Both the position numbers and the translations under genes were made by a program. Below, piece by piece: positions 55,962 to 64,000 of a DNA stretch of 64,000 nt. Origin of the DNA: Candidatus Omnitrophota bacterium (GTDB lineage: Bacteria; Omnitrophota; Gorgyraeia; Gygaellales; Profunditerraquicolaceae); contig JBAZKL010000002.1 of NCBI GenBank assembly GCA_041650835.1, positions 410,435-474,434 of the forward strand, written 5' to 3'. Within the stretch, counting starts at the first letter, position 1; every line of letters starts with the position of its first letter. The notes under the pieces are model-generated. The model did not search any database, had not been told where the DNA came from, and saw only the letters and a program-made list of their open reading frames with translations.

Positions 55962-57524
55962 TTAGAATGAATCCAATGGTTTTTTTAAATACTCGGGGAT
56001 TTCCTTATCGATCAATGTATAAAAATTAGATAAATGCGTGCGGAAAAGTTTATCGAACCTCCCCCCGTCATCGCCATCGCCGTACCACCAGAACCAATCG
56101 CTGCCTTCACAGATGTACATCTGCTTCCACGCTGTTTCACTGACGGCCCCGCCTGAATCAAGTATCTTTTTTAATTCTTCCCGGGCAAGCGCTAAATATT
56201 CCCAGGCGCGGACCTTATAGGGGTTGCCGATCCATTTCGCGAAATCGCCATAGATCCATGACCCGGTGCCCAAAGTATCGATTTCATGTTTAGCGGGGAA
56301 TCTTTCCAGGTATTCAGAAACGGTAACAGTTTTTAAGAATGTTGATTCGGAAAGCTTCTGATACAATACGTCCAGGAAATCATGCCCGTCATTGGTAAAG
56401 TGCTCCCAGGCATTCTCTCCATCCATGGCTATCGTCACCAGAACATCTTCATGCTTAAAAGCGTTGGCGATATTCTCCAGATGCTTTAAAAGGTCGGCTA
56501 CCGCGTCCTGCGGCTTCCAATCATGATAGACAAATCCGATCAAATCGGAAAGGTTACGGTCCCTGAATATTATATTAAGATCTCCTTCCCGGCGTTTTAG
56601 AAGATGCGGCTGGTATAATAACGCGGTATCCCTCTTCTTTTTTTTCAACGATTTAAAAAGGATCGCTTCATCAGTAACGATCCATTTAACCCCCGATTGA
56701 ATAAAGAACGGCAGCACCTGCTCGCAAACCGACTCTTCAGACGGCCACATACCGGCCGCAGGGGCCGCGAACCTGTTTTTAAAGAACTCAAGGGCGCTCT
56801 TGACCTGCGCCAAGGCATCCTCAGGGTATGCGAACGGGATGCTCGGCAATATTGTTTTAGGATTGGCGTCCCGCGCGGTATTAGTGCTGTATAAAAGAGG
56901 CAGTATCGGATGGTAATAGGGGCTTACCGTAACCTCGAGCTGTTTACCGGCAACACATTTCTTGTACGCGGGGATAATCTCGTCAATGATCTCGAACTGT
57001 TTATCAAGGACGGTAAGTTTATCGTCTTCGGAGAAAAACCTGGCCTTATTCACGATAGCCCGCAATTCAGGCACATTCCGGCGAAAATACGGGTCAAACC
57101 ACGCCAAATTGAACCAAACCTGCAGGTCTAAATAATCCTGAGTGCTGTACTCCTTACGATGTTCTTTCTTAAAGAATAATTCATAATACCGGGGATGCAT
57201 CGCGATAACTTTATCCCGGTTGATCATGAAAAAGTTATTCAGGATAAACTCTTTTTCTTCAAGAAGTAACTCAGCCGCGGGTTTATACGAAAGCTCTAAG
57301 AACTTATCTTTTATTATTCCATGCGAATAATCTTCTAACTGCTCTAATAAAGACGGGACAAGATTAAAAGTCAAGTGGACTTGAGGATATTTCTCAACGA
57401 TCTTGAGCATGTCCAGGTAATCTTTTATCGCGTGCAGGCGTACCCAAGGCAACTCAGTCTCCTGAGTAATGAGGTTCTTGTAGTACGGTTGGTGCATGTG
57501 AAAGATTATGGCAAGATAAAGCAT
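55962..57524 (-). CDS. glycoside hydrolase family 57 protein (glycogen branching-enzyme-like)
   Basis: The N-terminal IIFHMHQPYY is the GH57 signature. The 520-aa length is typical of GH57 branching enzymes. A WxxxGSDWFWW-like motif lies near the C-terminus. Confidence 0.85.
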   Translation of the reverse strand: MLYLAIIFHMHQPYYKNLITQETELPWVRLHAIKDYLDMLKIVEKYPQVHLTFNLVPSLLEQLEDYSHGIIKDKFLELSYKPAAELLLEEKEFILNNFFMINRDKVIAMHPRYYELFFKKEHRKEYSTQDYLDLQVWFNLAWFDPYFRRNVPELRAIVNKARFFSEDDKLTVLDKQFEIIDEIIPAYKKCVAGKQLEVTVSPYYHPILPLLYSTNTARDANPKTILPSIPFAYPEDALAQVKSALEFFKNRFAAPAAGMWPSEESVCEQVLPFFIQSGVKWIVTDEAILFKSLKKKKRDTALLYQPHLLKRREGDLNIIFRDRNLSDLIGFVYHDWKPQDAVADLLKHLENIANAFKHEDVLVTIAMDGENAWEHFTNDGHDFLDVLYQKLSESTFLKTVTVSEYLERFPAKHEIDTLGTGSWIYGDFAKWIGNPYKVRAWEYLALAREELKKILDSGGAVSETAWKQMYICEGSDWFWWYGDGDDGGRFDKLFRTHLSNFYTLIDKEIPEYLKKPLDSF

Positions 57525-57543
57525 AGGATATTTAAGATTACAG

Positions 57544-57622
57544 GGTCACAAGTCACATGACACATGTCTTTAGGTGTTCTTTAGTCTTTAGTCTTGTGTC
57601 TTGTGTCTTGTGTCTTGTGTGT
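57544..57622. repeat. composite repeat: GGTCACAAGTCACATGACACATGTC head + heptamer array (TCTTTAG)x3(TCTTGTG)x4
   Basis: The head is nearly identical to 40282..40306. The heptamer periodicity was read directly (gtctttagtctttagtcttgtgtcttgtgtcttgtgtcttgtgtgtg). Confidence 0.8.
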
Positions 57623-57770
57623 GCCGCTTGCTGTCCAGAAAGGACGCACCCAGCGTTCCTCTTAAGCTGGGGTGCTGCGGCAACTTACACCCGGCGCTAA
57701 TCGCACCCCGCCTAATTGGTGTGGCGGGGTACGCCGCTTGCTGCGGCGGTATTGCGCCGGTGTGTTGTTT
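57623..57770. other. GC-rich structured intergenic island (possible small ncRNA)
   Basis: The GC content is locally far above the flanks. Several short hairpins are present: GTCC-agaaa-GGAC, CCCAGC-gttcctcttaa-GCTGGG and CACCCCGCC-taattggtgt-GGCGGGGT. The motif CCGCTTGCTG occurs twice as a direct repeat. Confidence 0.3.
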
Positions 57771-57812
57771 TCTACAACAAAAAACCCTCGGGGGAGAAAA
57801 TCCCCCCGAGGG
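57771..57812 (-). terminator. rho-independent terminator of the outer-membrane-protein gene
   Basis: The minus strand reads CCCTCGGGGGG-attttct-CCCCCGAGGG followed by TTTTTTTTGTTG. It lies 25 nt downstream of the stop at 57838. Confidence 0.75.
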
Positions 57813-57837
57813 CATTATAATTACTTGATCACTACTA

Positions 57838-59265
57838 TTAGAATGTCACCTTCATAGAACCGATTACCTGGGTCGCCTTCTTATTATTCTCAGCTGAGAA
57901 TACATTACCCGGCATGAACACTCCGGTATTTAAACCGAACTGTACATCTTCAGTATAATCATAGGTAACACCTAAATCAACTTCACTACCAAGATACTTC
58001 TTGCCGCCTTTTACCACGTAGGTAGGATCACCCGCGACTCCCGAGAAATTAACCGCAGAAGCACCGGTAAAAGAATGGTTAAGCCTTAAATAATAATAAT
58101 TCAACGCTATTTTTAAGTCTTCCATCGGCTTAATGCTGCCATTAAGGTTCAACAACTGCGCATTCGAATACCCTAAGATCTTATTGAATAAGGTCCCGCC
58201 TGCCTGATCTTCGTACATCGGATCCCAACCTCTATAGGTATCGGCAGTGCTGGCAGCTTTATCACCTGAAAGGAATGTATAGCTACCGCCAATGCTTGGG
58301 GTATATTTCGTGCTCGGCATCATCATATTCGCTACCGCTTGAAGAGCATACGCGGTAACTTTACGATTTAATCCGGTGTTTGAACCTTCATTCGGATACA
58401 AGGTTGTATTTGCCTGATGTTCGCCAAACTGGAAAGCAGCTTCCAAACCTAACATACAATTCTCGATACCGGTAAAAGCTAACCTGGCACCGGTTGTATT
58501 CAGGATCTCGGAGCTGGATATGCTTGCGACGCTTCCGCTATCTCTGTTTCTGGAGAACAAGTAAACTTCGGCATTCAAGTTCTTGTCAATCTCGAAGCCG
58601 GCGTTTACTCCGTACAAATTGATATCATTATCGATCGCGACGCTATTTTCAGTGATCTTGGAATAAATAATATCAAGCACCAAAGGATCGAAATTCAAAG
58701 TTGCCCTGATCGCGTCAAACGCTTTGCTGCTGCTTAAATCATCCAAGGAATCAGGTAAACCATGCTTATCGGTAGTACCATGTCCATCACCAATACCATT
58801 GGTTGTAGAGTCACCGATTATCAAACCATTACCGAATTTCATTTCCTGACGGCCGATGCTTAACGTTAAATGAGGATTCAAGAATTCTTTTAACGTAACA
58901 TACGCCAAGTCCAGGTCGATCTCGGTAGTATTGGCAACCGTAGTTGTTCCTGCGGCATTAAGCTGATTTGTCGCTCCCCAAACTCTTTCGTTCAATAATC
59001 TGACTACGGTAGAGACATTATCGGTAAGGTCAGCTTCAACTTTGACCCTGACGTTTGAAATTAAGGCCGTGATCTTACGGCTGAAACCGCTCGCGGTCAC
59101 ACCGCCCAGATCAGGCGCTTTCAAAGCCAAATAATTTCTATCAACGCCCATTACCGTGATATCTCCGCTAACTTTCACATTCTGGACCTCTGCGAATGCA
59201 GTAAAAGCCATTCCGACTACAAACGCAAGAGCAAGTACTACGATTAAACGTTTACTCATTTGCAT
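57838..59265 (-). CDS. outer-membrane beta-barrel protein (porin-like)
   Basis: The signal peptide is MQMSKRLIVVLALAFVVGMAFTAFA. The sequence has an alternating amphipathic beta-strand pattern rich in G/S/T/N/Y. The C-terminus ends in a Phe (...SMKVTF). Confidence 0.65.
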   Translation of the reverse strand: MQMSKRLIVVLALAFVVGMAFTAFAEVQNVKVSGDITVMGVDRNYLALKAPDLGGVTASGFSRKITALISNVRVKVEADLTDNVSTVVRLLNERVWGATNQLNAAGTTTVANTTEIDLDLAYVTLKEFLNPHLTLSIGRQEMKFGNGLIIGDSTTNGIGDGHGTTDKHGLPDSLDDLSSSKAFDAIRATLNFDPLVLDIIYSKITENSVAIDNDINLYGVNAGFEIDKNLNAEVYLFSRNRDSGSVASISSSEILNTTGARLAFTGIENCMLGLEAAFQFGEHQANTTLYPNEGSNTGLNRKVTAYALQAVANMMMPSTKYTPSIGGSYTFLSGDKAASTADTYRGWDPMYEDQAGGTLFNKILGYSNAQLLNLNGSIKPMEDLKIALNYYYLRLNHSFTGASAVNFSGVAGDPTYVVKGGKKYLGSEVDLGVTYDYTEDVQFGLNTGVFMPGNVFSAENNKKATQVIGSMKVTF

Positions 59266-59499
59266 ACCTCCTTTAAGAATAAGAATGAAGAATATAATGA
59301 ACTAGGTATTTAAGGATTTACTCCTAGGGAATTACATATATAGGTATATCATTGGATTTTCCTGACTTCAGGCTTATTTTAACGTTCACCTCCTTCATGC
59401 CGTGGATTAAAGTCATCTCCAATGGTATAACACCCGAATTGTCTTATTTTTTAACATAATCGCCGATATTTGTCAAGCATTTTTTTAGTTGTTGGCGAG

Positions 59500-59979
59500 C
59501 TATTTTATCGGGTCTTTCATTGCTGTAGCCGCCTTAACAGGCGCTTGTGATTTCGGGCCAAAAGAAACGGTAATGGCGACCGCGCTCCCCTTAGCCGACA
59601 CATTAACGATACATGTTTCTGTTTCGCGTTCAAAATTAAGCACGCGCTGTCCATATTCAATGATATTCAAAAGATTCCACTTACTCATCGCCATCTGCTC
59701 TTTATAAAAATTAACGACCAGGTCAAGGTCAGCCTTCCCCTGGTATCTTAAAACGCCGACCCGCACACCCGTGGCTTCAAAAGAATACGAATCTTTAGTG
59801 ATCAACTTAAAACCCGCAGGTACCGGTATATCGCTAAAACGCATCACCGGCGCGGGCTCAAGCAAGCCTTGAGCCTTTGATGAAGGATCATTGGTGAACG
59901 AAGCGCATCCGCATAAAAAGATCAGAACCGCGATCATCACTGATACTATACCTGCATTGGGTTTCATGAGAACCTCCAA
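59500..59979 (-). CDS. lipoprotein, hypothetical
   Basis: The signal peptide carries a lipobox (IAVLIFLCGCAS). The protein is 159 aa. Confidence 0.5.
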   Translation of the reverse strand: MEVLMKPNAGIVSVMIAVLIFLCGCASFTNDPSSKAQGLLEPAPVMRFSDIPVPAGFKLITKDSYSFEATGVRVGVLRYQGKADLDLVVNFYKEQMAMSKWNLLNIIEYGQRVLNFERETETCIVNVSAKGSAVAITVSFGPKSQAPVKAATAMKDPIK

Positions 59980-60009
59980 CTTTTATAATTCTCTACAAAA
60001 CTAATTGTT

Positions 60010-60050
60010 TTAGATTCCCGCTTAAAGCATGCGGGAATGACTAATTGGGG
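60010..60050. repeat. hairpin repeat TTAGATTCCCGC-ttaaagcat-GCGGGAATGACTAA
   Basis: It has the same ends as the 47461..47505 element but a different loop. Confidence 0.7.
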
Positions 60051-60163
60051 TCGCATACGGAAATGAATCTCAAGGTAACATTCGGGAATAATCAATGGAT
60101 AGTATAGTGGCCCCTGATACTCAATCCATTGGTTTTAATCATTATCACCGTTTTTCTTTAATT

Positions 60164-60190
60164 GTCATCCCCGCGAAAGCGGGGATCTAA
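60164..60190. repeat. hairpin GTCATCCCCGC-gaaa-GCGGGGATC
   Basis: It is a variant of the GTCATTCCCGC...GCGGGAATC family. It lies just downstream of the PHP gene stop on the minus strand. Confidence 0.65.
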
Positions 60191-60216
60191 AAAACTGAAT
60201 TGCTTTCACGATAACG

Positions 60217-60876
60217 CTATTTCCTGCTCTTAACTACCAGGAACTTACTCACATCTTTACTAACCGCCTCAACATCTTTACTGCTCAATCCGGCTTTTAA
60301 AGCAACCCGCATTAAAGCCGCAGGTGTAATGATATCCGATGGCTGATGGCTGTCTGTACTCAACACCATCTTCGCTCCCAATTTCAAAGCAAGCCCGGCA
60401 ACATGACCATTCGTCTTGCCATGGCCGTGACGGCTGGTTATCTCCAAAAATATGCCTTTTTTTCCGGCCAGGATGACGTCTGCTTCGCTAATAAGCCCCG
60501 GATGCGCCAGGATATCAATATCCGCCTCTAACGCGGCCTTATTGGTCCCGGGCACAACCGGTTCAACACCTGTCTCTCCATGAGCAACAATGATCTTAAT
60601 CCCGTTTTTTCTGGCAAGTAAGGATAACGGTTTAAATTGAGTAACAGGCACGTGGGTCAATTCCACGCCCGGTAAGACCTTAATAGGAGAATTTTTCGGC
60701 CAATGGCGGCAAAATTCAACAATAGCTTTGCTGTTCGATTCTATATTACTATAATCGGCATGATCGGTAATAGCGATAAGTTTATACCCTAACGCGCCGT
60801 AGCGTGCGGCAACTTCCGAAGGAAGTAAAACACCGTCGCTTAATAATGAATGGCAATGTAAATTGAAATTATACAT
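60217..60876 (-). CDS. PHP-domain metal-dependent phosphoesterase (histidinol-phosphatase-like)
   Basis: The N-terminal MYNFNLHCHSLLSDG is the PHP motif. The ATG is at 60876. The tabulated ORF start at 60921 would overlap the tRNA. Confidence 0.7.
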   Translation of the reverse strand: MYNFNLHCHSLLSDGVLLPSEVAARYGALGYKLIAITDHADYSNIESNSKAIVEFCRHWPKNSPIKVLPGVELTHVPVTQFKPLSLLARKNGIKIIVAHGETGVEPVVPGTNKAALEADIDILAHPGLISEADVILAGKKGIFLEITSRHGHGKTNGHVAGLALKLGAKMVLSTDSHQPSDIITPAALMRVALKAGLSSKDVEAVSKDVSKFLVVKSRK

Positions 60877-60891
60877 AGGGATTAAAGGTAA

Positions 60892-60965
60892 TGCCCCTGG
60901 CTGGAATCGAACCAGCCACACGCAGTTTAGGAAACTGCTGCTCTATCCTTATGAGCTACAGGGGC
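60892..60965 (-). tRNA. tRNA-Arg (anticodon CCT)
   Basis: The reverse complement folds as a cloverleaf. The acceptor stem is GCCCCTG/CAGGGGC, the D-arm GCTC...GAGC, the anticodon stem GCAGT/ACTGC with loop TTCCTAA, the T-arm GCTGG-TTCGATT-CCAGC, and the discriminator A. No CCA is encoded. Confidence 0.9.
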
Positions 60966-61004
60966 GACAAGGGCATTACTTAATTTTCTCCACAACCGGA
61001 TATT

Positions 61005-61517
61005 TTAGTATTTTATTAACGCAAAAAACGGGTAGCCTTTGATCTTTTCTTTGCCTTTTAAACCGGTAAGCTCAATAAGACAGGCAACACCAATGATCTT
61101 GCCCTGAAGCTGTTTAACCAGATCTATAACTGCCTTGATCGTCCCTCCGGTAGCCAAAAGGTCATCAATGATCAAAACCCGCTCTCCCGGCTCTATGGCA
61201 TCCTGATGGATTTCCAGGGTATCTGTACCATATTCTAGATCATAGGTAACTGAACTTGTTTTCCAGGGAAGCTTCCCTTTTTTACGCACCGGAACGAACC
61301 CCGCGCCCAATTTGTGCGCCAAAGCGCCCCCGAGAATAAATCCCCGGGACTCTACAGCAATGATCTTAGCGATCTTTTTAGCCTTATATTTGCGGACAAG
61401 CTCGTCGACTGCCTTTTTAAAAGCCTTTTTATCCTTCAAAAGAGTAGTAATATCACGGAATAAGATCCCCGCTTTCGGAAAATCAGGGATATCGCGGATA
61501 GCAGCCTTAAGTTCCAT
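61005..61517 (-). CDS. apt: adenine phosphoribosyltransferase
   Basis: The N-terminal IRDIPDFPKAGILFRDIT and the PRPP-binding motif VLIIDDLLATGGT are present. The protein is 170 aa. Confidence 0.9.
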   Translation of the reverse strand: MELKAAIRDIPDFPKAGILFRDITTLLKDKKAFKKAVDELVRKYKAKKIAKIIAVESRGFILGGALAHKLGAGFVPVRKKGKLPWKTSSVTYDLEYGTDTLEIHQDAIEPGERVLIIDDLLATGGTIKAVIDLVKQLQGKIIGVACLIELTGLKGKEKIKGYPFFALIKY

Positions 61518-62334
61518 ATTTCCACTCCTTCTCCTGTTGTTTGATAAAACTACGCAGCTTCTTTAATGCTTCTTCCTCGATCTGGCGGATACGCTCCCGG
61601 GAAAGCCCCAGCTTCTTTGCCACCTCTGCCAAGGTATGAGTCGTTCCGTCCATAAGCCCAAAACGGTAATCTAAGACCTTACGCTCTCTTTCAGACATCT
61701 TTCCCATAAGGTTTTCAACGCGCTCTTTGTTCAAGAAGCGCTCTACATCAGCGTTCGGCGGCGCTATGCTTTCATCCTGCACAAGGTCCATGACCGAACC
61801 ATCATCATCTTCCCCGACAGGAGCTTCAAGCGAAGATGTCTTTGTCGACAACCAGAAATTTATCTCTTCCACTTTTTCTTTGGCGATCTTCATCTTCTTA
61901 GCGATCTCTTCATCCTGGGGGACGCGTTTGAGCTTCTGCGTCAACTGTTCCCTGGTCTTCTTCCATTTAGAGATCATCTCGTTCATATAAACCGGCAGGC
62001 GGATGACCTTGCCCTGCTGGCCGATAGCCCGGATAATCCCCTGGCGGATCCACCATGCGGCATATGTTGAGAAACGGAATCCCTTTTTCGGGTTGAATTT
62101 ATCCACGGCTTTCATTAATCCGAGGTTGCCTTCTTCGATCAAATCCAAAAGCGGCGTTCCGAAATGGATATACCGCTTGGCAATATTAATGACCAGCCGC
62201 AGGTTGGAACGTATCATTTTCTTGCGGGCTTCGTCATTTCCTCGACGTGCTTTAGTGCCGAACTCAACTTCTTGCTGCGCGGTCAAAAGAGGGATAGTCC
62301 TTACTTCTTTAAGGTACGTTTTGAGAGATTCCAT
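61507..62334 (-). CDS. RNA polymerase sigma factor, sigma-70 family (regions 2-4; RpoS/group-2-like)
   Basis: Region 2.x contains FSTYAAWWIRQGI. A region-4 HTH is present (LAEVAKKLGLSRERIRQIEEEALKKLR). The protein is 275 aa. Confidence 0.85.
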   Translation of the reverse strand: MESLKTYLKEVRTIPLLTAQQEVEFGTKARRGNDEARKKMIRSNLRLVINIAKRYIHFGTPLLDLIEEGNLGLMKAVDKFNPKKGFRFSTYAAWWIRQGIIRAIGQQGKVIRLPVYMNEMISKWKKTREQLTQKLKRVPQDEEIAKKMKIAKEKVEEINFWLSTKTSSLEAPVGEDDDGSVMDLVQDESIAPPNADVERFLNKERVENLMGKMSERERKVLDYRFGLMDGTTHTLAEVAKKLGLSRERIRQIEEEALKKLRSFIKQQEKEWKYGT

Positions 62335-62418
62335 TATTTAAATCCTTAGGCTAAAGGCCGACGGCAGATCCCGCCCTGAACCATACGGTCCAAAGCGGGA
62401 TGTGCCGGTGACATTGAA

Positions 62419-64000
62419 CTATTTCTTCTTTGAAACTTTATCTTTTAAAACAACCTGAGCTGCCGCCAATTTAGCGATAGGGACCCTAAAAGGCGAACAA
62501 CTCACATAATCCATACCGATACGATGGCAGAACTCCACCGATCGCGGCTCACCGCCGTGTTCACCGCAAATACCCACTTCAAGGGCTTTATTGGTTGAAC
62601 GGCCGCGCTGAATGCCGATCTTGATCAATTCCCCGACACCCACCTGGTCGATCGTCTGGAACGGATCTTCAGGAAGGATGCCTTTCTTGACATATTCGGG
62701 TAAAAATCCGCCGATATCATCACGGGAAAACCCAAAGCTCATCTGGGTAAGGTCATTGGTCCCGAAGGAAAAGAACTGCGCGACCGTAGCCAGCTTATCC
62801 GCTACCAATGCCGCGCGGGGGATCTCGATCATCGTCCCGAACATATGCTTGATCTTTTTGATATTATATTTCTTCAAGACATCCGCGTATACTTTCTTTG
62901 CCAAGGCTAACTGATCTTCCAACTCTTTAACGTCGCAAACCACGGGGATCATGATCTCAGGATAAGGCTTTTTCCCTTCTTTCATAAGCTCCGCAGCTGC
63001 TTCAAAGATGGCCTGGATCTGCATAGCGCTTACCTCTGGATACGTCACCCCTAACCGGACACCACGGTGCCCCATCATGGGATTTGATTCATGTAAAGCG
63101 TCAGCGCGCTTGGAAAGTTCAGCCAAAGTTACATTCAAATCCTTTGCTAACTGTTCCAGTTTGCTTTGTTCACGCGGCACGAACTCATGCAACGGAGGAT
63201 CAAGGAGCCGGAAAACAACCGGAAACCCGTCCATAGCGGCAAGAGTACCCTTAATATCCTTTTTAACATACGGGAACAGTTCGTTGACCGCTTTCTGTCT
63301 CTCTTCTTCCGTCTTGGACATGATCATTTTACGTAAGATAAACAGCGCCTCATCAGAACCTTTACCGTAAAACATATGTTCGGTCCTGAACAACCCGATA
63401 CCTTCAGCGCCAAACTGCCTGGCTTTCCGGGCATCATCAGGAGTATCAGCATTGGTACGGATCCCCAGTTTCTTAATGGCTCCGCAAATATTAAGGAATT
63501 CAGTCAAGAGCTTGTTTTCTTCACTGGCATCCATCATCGCCAATTCTCCGGCATAGACGTTACCTTTGGTCCCATTGAGAGTAACCCAATCGCCTTCCTT
63601 TAAAACTTTACCGTCAATAAGCATTTCTTTCTTGTTGTGTTCAACATGAATGGCGCTGCAGCCGACAATACAGCATTTACCCCATCCACGAGCGACCAAT
63701 GCCGCATGTGAAGTCATCCCGCCCCGGGCAGTAAGAATCGCCTGCGCGGCACGCATACCTTCAACATCTTCGGGGTTAGTCTCTTCACGCACAAGGATGA
63801 CCTTTTTGCCGTGTTTTGCCCACTCAACAGCATCATGCGATGAGAAAACGATCTGGCCTTTTGCTCCACCCGGGCCTGCCGGTAAGCCTTTGGCTAACGG
63901 TTTTTGGGTCAATTCTACTTTCGGGTCAATGATCGGATGCAATAATTCATCCAATTGAGAAGGTGTTACTCTCATCACCGCTTCTTCTTTGGTAATGAGC
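62419..64000 (-). CDS. ppdK: pyruvate, phosphate dikinase (C-terminal ~527 codons; N-terminus lies beyond window end)
   Basis: The phospho-His domain motif GGMTSHAALVARGWGKCCIVGC is present. The PEP-utilising TIM-barrel C-terminus has GTNDLTQ and a CGEHGG Cys motif. The frame stays open past 63978 to the window edge. Confidence 0.9.
   Translation of the reverse strand, partial: LITKEEAVMRVTPSQLDELLHPIIDPKVELTQKPLAKGLPAGPGGAKGQIVFSSHDAVEWAKHGKKVILVREETNPEDVEGMRAAQAILTARGGMTSHAALVARGWGKCCIVGCSAIHVEHNKKEMLIDGKVLKEGDWVTLNGTKGNVYAGELAMMDASEENKLLTEFLNICGAIKKLGIRTNADTPDDARKARQFGAEGIGLFRTEHMFYGKGSDEALFILRKMIMSKTEEERQKAVNELFPYVKKDIKGTLAAMDGFPVVFRLLDPPLHEFVPREQSKLEQLAKDLNVTLAELSKRADALHESNPMMGHRGVRLGVTYPEVSAMQIQAIFEAAAELMKEGKKPYPEIMIPVVCDVKELEDQLALAKKVYADVLKKYNIKKIKHMFGTMIEIPRAALVADKLATVAQFFSFGTNDLTQMSFGFSRDDIGGFLPEYVKKGILPEDPFQTIDQVGVGELIKIGIQRGRSTNKALEVGICGEHGGEPRSVEFCHRIGMDYVSCSPFRVPIAKLAAAQVVLKDKVSKKK

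Noticed and set aside
57588-57857. Plus- and minus-strand ORFs 57588..57815, 57601..57828 and 57672..57857
   Set aside because: They span the heptamer array, the GC island and the terminator hairpin. They are Arg/Gly/Cys/Pro-rich translations of GC-rich non-coding DNA.
60877-60921. Start of the PHP ORF at 60921, overlapping tRNA-Arg
   Set aside because: The tRNA cloverleaf is unambiguous. The conserved PHP motif begins at the internal Met (MYNFNLHCHS, ATG at 60876).
51802-60965. Integrated prophage or genomic island at tRNA-Arg
   Set aside because: No integrase, recombinase, or phage structural or replication genes are visible between the Xis-like gene and the tRNA. The idea is retained only as a check, namely a search for att direct repeats, not as a call.

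Overview
This 64 kb window comes from a low-GC, Gram-negative-type uncultured bacterium. An outer-membrane beta-barrel gene, a Wza-like exporter and lipobox lipoproteins support the Gram-negative call. Almost every gene is on the minus strand. Contents from left to right: (1) A partial unknown ORF (1..326) and a GspC-like PDZ protein (604..1419), separated by a cluster of GC-rich hairpin repeats. (2) An XRE-cupin regulator and an orphan CheY-type receiver on the plus strand (1749..2682), convergent on a 3261-aa secreted protein (2792..12577). This giant protein has a right-handed beta-helix, about 17 near-identical He_PIG/cadherin-like repeats of 90 aa, an FN3 domain, Asp-box (SxDxGxTW) propeller repeats and a poly-Gly plus '[10 protein letters not shown]...' C-terminal domain. 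A 658-aa paralogue (13053..15029) carries the same N- and C-terminal modules. (3) A polysaccharide-biosynthesis locus of about 36 kb (15031..51617). It encodes WecB, sugar epimerases and dehydrogenases, about eight glycosyltransferases, a NodB deacetylase, two AsnB-type amidotransferases, a PP-loop N-acetyl-sugar amidotransferase, an acyl-CoA ligase with ACP and a FemAB/GNAT-like protein, hexapeptide acyltransferases, a Wzx flippase, an O-antigen-ligase-like protein, GlmM, a BY-kinase, an ExeA-like ATPase, a Wzz-like co-polymerase and a Wza-like exporter. This gene set resembles exosortase/PEP-CTERM-associated EPS loci, but no exosortase or PEP-CTERM motif is present in the window. (4) A small excisionase/MerR-like gene, small Cys- and Met-rich ORFs, and a proteasome-type Ntn hydrolase. 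(5) An operon encoding a GH57 branching-enzyme-like protein, a membrane-anchored carbohydrate-binding-like protein, a ParA ATPase fused to a CBM48/AMPK-beta glycogen-binding domain, and a lysine-rich small protein. I interpret this as a candidate glycogen-granule positioning system. (6) A porin-like outer-membrane protein, a lipoprotein, a PHP phosphoesterase, tRNA-Arg(CCT), apt, a sigma-70 factor and a partial ppdK (62419..64000, continues beyond the window). Two dispersed repeat families recur in intergenic DNA and sometimes read into coding termini. One is a set of GC-rich hairpins of the GTCATTCCCGC...GCGGGAATC and GTCATTGCGAAG...GAAGCAATC types. The other is made of heptanucleotide arrays, (GTCCATA)n and (GTCTTGT)n.
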